Assembly: GCA_963169765.1 (NCBI GenBank)
Contig: CAUJEN010000048.1
Coordinates: 1 to 64,000 of the forward strand
Length of the DNA: 64,000 nucleotides
Direction: 5' to 3'
Source of the DNA: Vulcanimicrobiota bacterium
GTDB lineage: Bacteria; Vulcanimicrobiota; Xenobia; Xenobiales; QWHO01
Position 1 is the stretch's first letter; each line of letters begins with the position of its first letter. The translations under genes and the position numbers were made by a program. The notes beneath the pieces are model-generated. The model saw only the letters and a program-made list of their open reading frames with translations. It was not told where the DNA came from and did not search any database. Of the stretch, positions 59,262-64,000 are shown piece by piece.

Positions 59262-59579
59262 ATGCAGTCCATCCAGCCGGAGGAGCTCAAGGTCCGTGCC
59301 CAGATCAAGGAGCGCTTTTTGGACGCCGTGAAGCGTTCTGGATCGGGTAGCCGGGCCAGCGCTCTTGTGGCGGCCCTTCGCAAGCACACCGATGCTCCGG
59401 AAATCAAGATTCAGTCCGTTTTTCTGCAGCTTCTCGACGAGGGCAAGATTACCGTTGGCCAGGATCTGCTCGTGCGCCTGGCGCCCAAGCTCGAAGCCGA
59501 AGAGCAGCCGAAGAAAGCCCAAAAGCAGGCCTCGGCCAGGGTCAAAGCAGCCACGAAGATAACCATCCCGGCCAGATAG
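59262..59579 (+). CDS. Small conserved hypothetical protein (105 aa) with Lys-rich C-terminal tail; paralog at 63633
   Basis: AAGGAG RBS 9 nt upstream; ~93% nucleotide identity over ~300 bp with 63568-63870; MQSIQPEELKVRAQIKERFLDAVKRSGSG...ITVGQDLLVRLAP. Confidence 0.55.
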   Translation: MQSIQPEELKVRAQIKERFLDAVKRSGSGSRASALVAALRKHTDAPEIKIQSVFLQLLDEGKITVGQDLLVRLAPKLEAEEQPKKAQKQASARVKAATKITIPAR

Positions 59580-60203
59580 ATGACTTTGCGCGAGGATCGG
59601 CGCACGACTACGTCGATGAAGATCAAAGAACGCCCGGTCAGCGAGATCGCGATCGAGTCCATTACTCTCAGGCGATGGTGCGCCTCCCAGGTCGTCAGTT
59701 CGGGAGAGGTACAACAACCGATTGAGCCAAACGTTCAAAGTAGCCCAGGTCGGCCGTCGATTGGCGGAAAGGTTGCGTGAGGAATCGCCCCAGCTTGGGA
59801 GACGGGCTCATCGACGGAAAGCCCTTCGAGGACACCAGACCCATTCTCGGGCTTGCGCCGCCTGTTGGAGCAGAACGAGGCCGAGCTGCGCCGGTGCAGT
59901 CTCAACCTGCCCGTCTGGCGTGACCTCTTGCGCAGCCACGGCCGCAACATCGCCGCCGCCTGGCGCCATTGGGAGCACGAGAGCGAGCTGCGCGCCCGGC
60001 TGGCCGAAGTGGCGGCGAGTGACGGGTTGTCCATCGGTTCTGCCGGGTTCAGGATTTCGATCGGGTGTTGCTGGCTCGACGAGCCTTGATTGATTCTGGA
60101 AGGTGGCCTGCGTGCCTGAGAGGGCGCATCGAGTTTCGAAGCACGTCGGGCTATTCCCACTGCCAGGTAGGCGAAGGAGTGTTTCCGTCGAATTCCCGGC
60201 TCC

Positions 60204-61046
60204 GTGGGGCGGAAGCTGCAAGCACGACTCTCTTCGAAATGTCGCGTCGACGACGAGACGCACTTTGCTCGCAGGCCGCCGGGTTATTTCGAGGCAATCG
60301 CAGAGGACCGGAGCCTGACGACCTGCCCGCGGTGCGGGGGTCCGGCGGTGCGCGAGCCTCCTGCGCTCGTGCTTCGCGACGGGGTCGAATCGACCGAAGA
60401 GGTGCTCCGGTGCCTGGCGCAGTGTGATGTCCCGGTTCGCGCCCGCAAGCCTCGCGAGCGGTGCCCCTGTGGCTGCGGCGAGTGGCTCCCGTATGGACAC
60501 GTCTACTACAGTGAGGCGTGTCGTCGGCGCGGCGAGCCCCTCTGTGCTTGCGGGTGTGGGCGTCAGGCTGCGGGACAGCGCAAGTACGCGATATACGCCT
60601 GCAGTCGACGGGGGCCCCAGGAAGAGCGCAACGCGTGCGCATGCGGATGTGGGCGTCTGGCATGGGGCGACCGCAAGTACGCCACTCGGCAATGCCTGCA
60701 GCGGGGACTGCAGGCCGGACGGGACACGGCACGTCCGAGGCCCCGGAAACCTCTGCGGCTCTGCTTGTGCGGTTGTGGGGAACTCACCGAGCGTCTCACC
60801 GCCACGCGCCAGTGCCGCACGCGGCTCACGGTCTGGAAGGACGAGCTCGAGGAGTGCTTGACCTGGCTCCGCGAGCTTCCGGCCAAGGACCGTCGGCCTA
60901 CGCTCGAACTGGCGGAGGAGCGACTGGCCGGTGGTCGCGGCGCACCCCTGAAAACCACGCTGGGGAGGGTGTTGCAAATCGCCAAGAAGCTGGGCCCTTC
61001 CGGGTCGGAGTTCTTTCGGATGCTCTCGCGTCACCTGGAAGACTGA
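60204..61046 (+). CDS. Hypothetical Cys-rich protein with four tandem ~24-aa C-x-C-G-C-G ... C repeats (putative zinc-binding)
   Basis: CPCGCGEWLPYGHVYYSEACRRRG / CACGCGRQAAGQRKYAIYACSRRG / CACGCGRLAWGDRKYATRQCLQRG / CLCGCGELTERLTATRQCRTRL; preferred over the antisense 430-aa ORF. Confidence 0.45.
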   Translation: MGRKLQARLSSKCRVDDETHFARRPPGYFEAIAEDRSLTTCPRCGGPAVREPPALVLRDGVESTEEVLRCLAQCDVPVRARKPRERCPCGCGEWLPYGHVYYSEACRRRGEPLCACGCGRQAAGQRKYAIYACSRRGPQEERNACACGCGRLAWGDRKYATRQCLQRGLQAGRDTARPRPRKPLRLCLCGCGELTERLTATRQCRTRLTVWKDELEECLTWLRELPAKDRRPTLELAEERLAGGRGAPLKTTLGRVLQIAKKLGPSGSEFFRMLSRHLED

Positions 61047-61233
61047 ATCAGGGACCATGACGCCCTTTGGCCCCATCACGCGCTGGATCACCCGGGGCAC
61101 CAGCTTTCAACGAATGTGGCCCGAGCCTGATCGACGAGTGGGTGGCCCATGCTCGTGTGCTGCACGACCTGCCGGGCGGACCCTTCGAGACCCGGTTCAC
61201 CGCGACCATGGCGCGGCGCTCGTCGCAGCCAGC

Positions 61234-62319
61234 CTATCGGCTCGCCATACGGACCATTCGTCGAGCCTTCTTCCGCCGCTCCTTTCGGTTCAGCCCGCGC
61301 TCGCCCACCTCGAACAGGTCGGCCAGGTGGACGGCGACCTGCCGGCCGTCGGCCATCTCGACCACGAGGCGGGCCCCGGGCCGGAGGCCATGGGGATAGT
61401 CGGCTCGCTCCGAGAGGAGGCGGAGAAGCTCGAGCAGGTCCTGCAGCAGGGCGTGCTCGGCAGGCCCTGGCATTCCGCCGTGCGGGCACAGGACCAGGGG
61501 GACCAGATCGGACTCCTCGACCAGCGGGAAGTCATGTTCTTCAATCTCGTCCATCAGCTCGCTCGGAATGTCCTCAACGCAGCTGTAGGTAAAGCTGATA
61601 AGGTTGGATGCCTCAATCAGGTCCTGGTTCTGGTTGGCCAGGGCCAGGACCGCCGCCTGATCCAGATAGATGGAGAGTCCCCGCTCGATGTCGGCGGCTC
61701 CCATCACGCTGAAGGACAGCCCAGGGGTGAGCCCCTCCACTTGAAAGAGCAACTGGTCGTCGATTCCCTGCTCCCACGGGGCCAGGTCCCACAGGGCGCG
61801 CGCTTCCGCGAACAGTCGACGGACCTGCTCGACGGTTACGCCGGGGGGCCGGAGGTAGGTGAGGGTCGGACCGAACAGGGAGTCTTCGATCTCCCGAAAG
61901 ACAGGTAGGAGAGCCTCCGGGTCTGGCAGCGCGGTGACCTGGATGCCGAGGCGGCTCAAGGGCGGACCGAGGGCCTGGACCAGCTCCGGACGGACGGCCA
62001 CCGTCTGCGGACGACAGGGCCTGACTTTGGGCTCGCTGGTCAGGATCGCCTCCTCGAGACTCTCGAGCACCACCTCGACGGTGGACCGGTCGGTGTCGTA
62101 AGGTCCGGCTGAGCGCAGGAGGCCCGAATGCGCCTCCTGCCACAGGGAGAGCCCGTAGCGGGCTTCTCCTGCGATGGCGTCCAGGGGCTGAAAGTCCCCC
62201 AGCCAGAGGGCTCCCGCCCGCTGGGGAGTCTGGAGCAGGCGAGCCTCCACTTCGGGTTGCAGCTGACATTCCGGTGAATTGCTCATGATCGGTCTCCTCA
62301 TGCGTTTTCTTTCAGGCAC
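61234..62319 (-). CDS. Hypothetical acidic protein
   Basis: Protein-like diverse composition; likely start MSNSPEC at 62286; overlaps upstream gene stop by 8 bp. Confidence 0.45.
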   Translation of the reverse strand: MPERKRMRRPIMSNSPECQLQPEVEARLLQTPQRAGALWLGDFQPLDAIAGEARYGLSLWQEAHSGLLRSAGPYDTDRSTVEVVLESLEEAILTSEPKVRPCRPQTVAVRPELVQALGPPLSRLGIQVTALPDPEALLPVFREIEDSLFGPTLTYLRPPGVTVEQVRRLFAEARALWDLAPWEQGIDDQLLFQVEGLTPGLSFSVMGAADIERGLSIYLDQAAVLALANQNQDLIEASNLISFTYSCVEDIPSELMDEIEEHDFPLVEESDLVPLVLCPHGGMPGPAEHALLQDLLELLRLLSERADYPHGLRPGARLVVEMADGRQVAVHLADLFEVGERGLNRKERRKKARRMVRMASR

Positions 62320-63124
62320 AGCTCGTCTCGTAGAGGGCGGTCTCCATCCGGGTGATGGAGCGACGAGCCTGCGTCAACTGTTGCCGCACAGCGCCGACAT
62401 CGGGGTCTGAGGACGATAGTGACGCCAGTTGTGCCGCTGCGCGTATCAGCGAGAACGCGGCGCTTTGAGCCGGGGAGCTCCCGCCGCGGAGCTTCTCGGT
62501 CGCGTCCAGGATCGAGCGCAGGACCGGCCCGAAGTCAGTCGCGTGCGGGAGCTGGCGGGGCCTGGGCGGCTGCGGCTCTAGCCCAAGACTGTGAATGATC
62601 TCGCCTCGTCTGCGGGCCAGAGCATAGTCTTCGGCGGCGTGCCGACGGGCTCCGCCGCCAAAATGAACGTTGGACAGGCTGAGGAAGCCGTCGTAGGTGA
62701 TCCGGTCCTCAAAGGGGAGCAGGGTGGTCTGGATGCAGGCCGGGCACTGCCCGCAGAGCAGATCCTGGAGGGGCTGGGTCAGACCCTGCACGCAGTAAAA
62801 CCGGTACGGCTTTCCTCCGCCGAGGATGGCTCCCTTCCTCAGATAGCGGTGAACGAGGAATGAGGCCCGGATGAATCCCCTCCACGAGCCGACGAGCTCC
62901 AGCGCGCGCCCGCCAAGCCGGTCCGGATTCTCCTGGTGGTATGCCGCGATCCACTCAGGGCTCTCGAAGAGCCTGGTTCGCAGAGGCGCGAGCTGCTCGG
63001 GCGACAGCCGCGTGGACTCGAAGTCGTCGGGCAGATCCAGGACTCTGAGGTGCCGGTTGAGATACCGATCCAGACCGCCGAGCAGCTGGAGGACGAGTTG
63101 TCGGTCGGGGGGTGAGAGAATCAC
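62312..63124 (-). CDS. Hypothetical protein (270 aa) with CGQCPAC motif
   Basis: ATG at 63124 (MILSPPDRQLV); co-oriented with downstream hypothetical gene; diverges from leader-element copy B. Confidence 0.45.
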   Translation of the reverse strand: MILSPPDRQLVLQLLGGLDRYLNRHLRVLDLPDDFESTRLSPEQLAPLRTRLFESPEWIAAYHQENPDRLGGRALELVGSWRGFIRASFLVHRYLRKGAILGGGKPYRFYCVQGLTQPLQDLLCGQCPACIQTTLLPFEDRITYDGFLSLSNVHFGGGARRHAAEDYALARRRGEIIHSLGLEPQPPRPRQLPHATDFGPVLRSILDATEKLRGGSSPAQSAAFSLIRAAAQLASLSSSDPDVGAVRQQLTQARRSITRMETALYETSCA

Positions 63125-63203
63125 GGGTCGAGCTCCTTGGGAAGGTACTGTGAGAGGAATTCAAGTCGGCGGGTGGAGCACCTCCAGAACGGTTGTTCTG
63201 AAG

Positions 63204-63332
63204 TGGGCGCTTGCGTCCAGGGTATTACACTGGAGCGGGAAGGTTTGTTTGGCAGGGATACCTGTCGAAGGCCGGCCCACGAGCCCTGGCTCGATCAGAG
63301 GGATCGAGGTGCTCAGGTGGCGCGAGCGGATC
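63204..63332 (+). repeat. Copy B of the ~130-bp leader element; the embedded AAA+-like reading frame terminates after 6 codons (VARADQ*)
   Basis: Alignment with 41262-41392; GTG GCG CGA GCG GAT CAG TGA at 63317-63337. Confidence 0.85.
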
Positions 63333-63632
63333 AGTGATCTGGCAAGGCCCCGGAAGCGCTGGAGAGCACTTGGACCGACCGACTCAATCGGGAAAGCTCC
63401 GGGGAATAGCTCTTTCAACGCACGAACGGCCGCCGTCGCCTCGGGCGGGCAGCTTCTGGACGACCTGAAGCGACCAGCAGCGAAGCAGACCCAGGCAGCG
63501 GAAATTGTGCCCAGTCCTTGGGCATTGGAAACCTGCCGGCCAGGCGAGGCCGGCCCGGGCTGCGCGACAGGAAGCCGAGGATCGCTTCGAGAAAGATGAA
63601 ACATTCTCAACGTGGCGAAGGAGCGCAGAAGG

Positions 63633-64000
63633 ATGCAGTTCATCAAGCCGGAGGAGCTCAAGGTCCGTGCCCAGATCAAGGAGCGCTTCTTGGATGCCGT
63701 GAAGCAGTCTGGATCGGGTCGCCGGGCCAGCGCTCTCGTAGCGGCCCTTCGCAAGCAGACCGATGCTCCGGAAATCAAGATTCAGTCCGTTTTTCTGCAG
63801 CTTCTCGACGAGGGAAAGATAACCGTTGGCCAGGATCTGCTCGTGCGCCTGGCACCCCACGCGCTCGAAACTGAAGAACACCCATATCAGCGAGAGCACG
63901 GCTCGAGTTCAGGACCCCCTGTCCGCCAGTCCCACGTCGGGACAAGCCCTGCGCGGGCCGCTGGGAACCTGTCGTTGAACCTCAGCCCCGGCAGCATTGA
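63633..64000 (+). CDS. Paralog of the small 59262 protein, C-terminus diverged, runs to window end
   Basis: MQFIKPEELKVRAQIKERFLDAVKQSGSGRRASALVAALRKQTDAPEIKIQSVFLQLLDEGKITVGQDLLVRLAP identical in most positions to 59262 protein. Confidence 0.5.
   Translation, partial: MQFIKPEELKVRAQIKERFLDAVKQSGSGRRASALVAALRKQTDAPEIKIQSVFLQLLDEGKITVGQDLLVRLAPHALETEEHPYQREHGSSSGPPVRQSHVGTSPARAAGNLSLNLSPGSI

Noticed and set aside
58982-59407. Minus-strand ORF MISGASVCLRR... (and its paralog at 63161-63778)
   Set aside because: Appears only because it is antisense to the duplicated small + strand gene; composition Arg/Ser/Pro-rich
61057-61908. 283-aa + ORF
   Set aside because: Antisense to the more protein-like minus-strand 61234-62319 gene
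1-64000. Transposase, integrase or IS element that would explain island mobility
   Set aside because: No DDE/HTH transposase or tyrosine/serine recombinase motifs recognised in any frame; repeated flanks noted instead

Overview
High-GC bacterial chromosomal window (probably Myxococcota-like; organism not determinable from sequence alone). It has two parts.

**Part 1, ~1-26.5 kb: ordinary but interesting housekeeping/accessory genes.**
- An HlyD adaptor plus an ABC permease fragment.
- A conserved lipid-modification cluster: acyl-lipid desaturase, DUF1365-CFA-synthase fusion, FAD oxidoreductase, DUF1295, and a second CFA-synthase-like methyltransferase.
- An amidohydrolase, an S51-like peptidase and a lipoprotein.
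- A clear bacterial homolog of the eukaryotic major vault protein, sitting downstream of co-oriented M20 peptidase, flavin reductase and DUF1611-like genes.
- A CHASE2 adenylate cyclase and a secreted protein.
- A 4.5-copy 61-62 bp tandem repeat array rich in palindromes, upstream of a 622-aa hypothetical protein.
- A dual-cyclase/AAA/TPR regulator.

**Part 2, ~27.3-59 kb: a dense defence-island-like region following a 790-bp structured intergenic gap.**
- (i) A tightly linked four-gene operon that does not match a described BREX or Druantia type:
  - a BrxD-like P-loop ATPase;
  - a 1202-aa HhH-containing protein;
  - a 1733-aa DEAH helicase with a DUF1998-like zinc module (DruE/Lhr-like);
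  - a PglW-like NERD plus tandem pseudokinase/kinase protein.
- (ii) An AAA+ ATPase and S8 subtilase pair.
- (iii) A papain-like C1 peptidase.
- (iv) A GmrSD-family (DUF262/DUF1524) nuclease.
- (v) A 2507-aa protein with two sacsin-type GHKL ATPase modules, translationally coupled to an SNF2 helicase that carries a UvrD-like Tudor N-terminus.

The 18-kb block (ii)-(v) is bracketed by a ~130-bp leader element and a small gene. Both reappear as an apparently empty copy ~4 kb downstream (63.2-64.0 kb), which suggests cassette exchange between conserved flanks.

No transposase, integrase, CRISPR, tRNA or rRNA was recognised. Many long ORFs on the opposite strand were treated as high-GC antisense artefacts.
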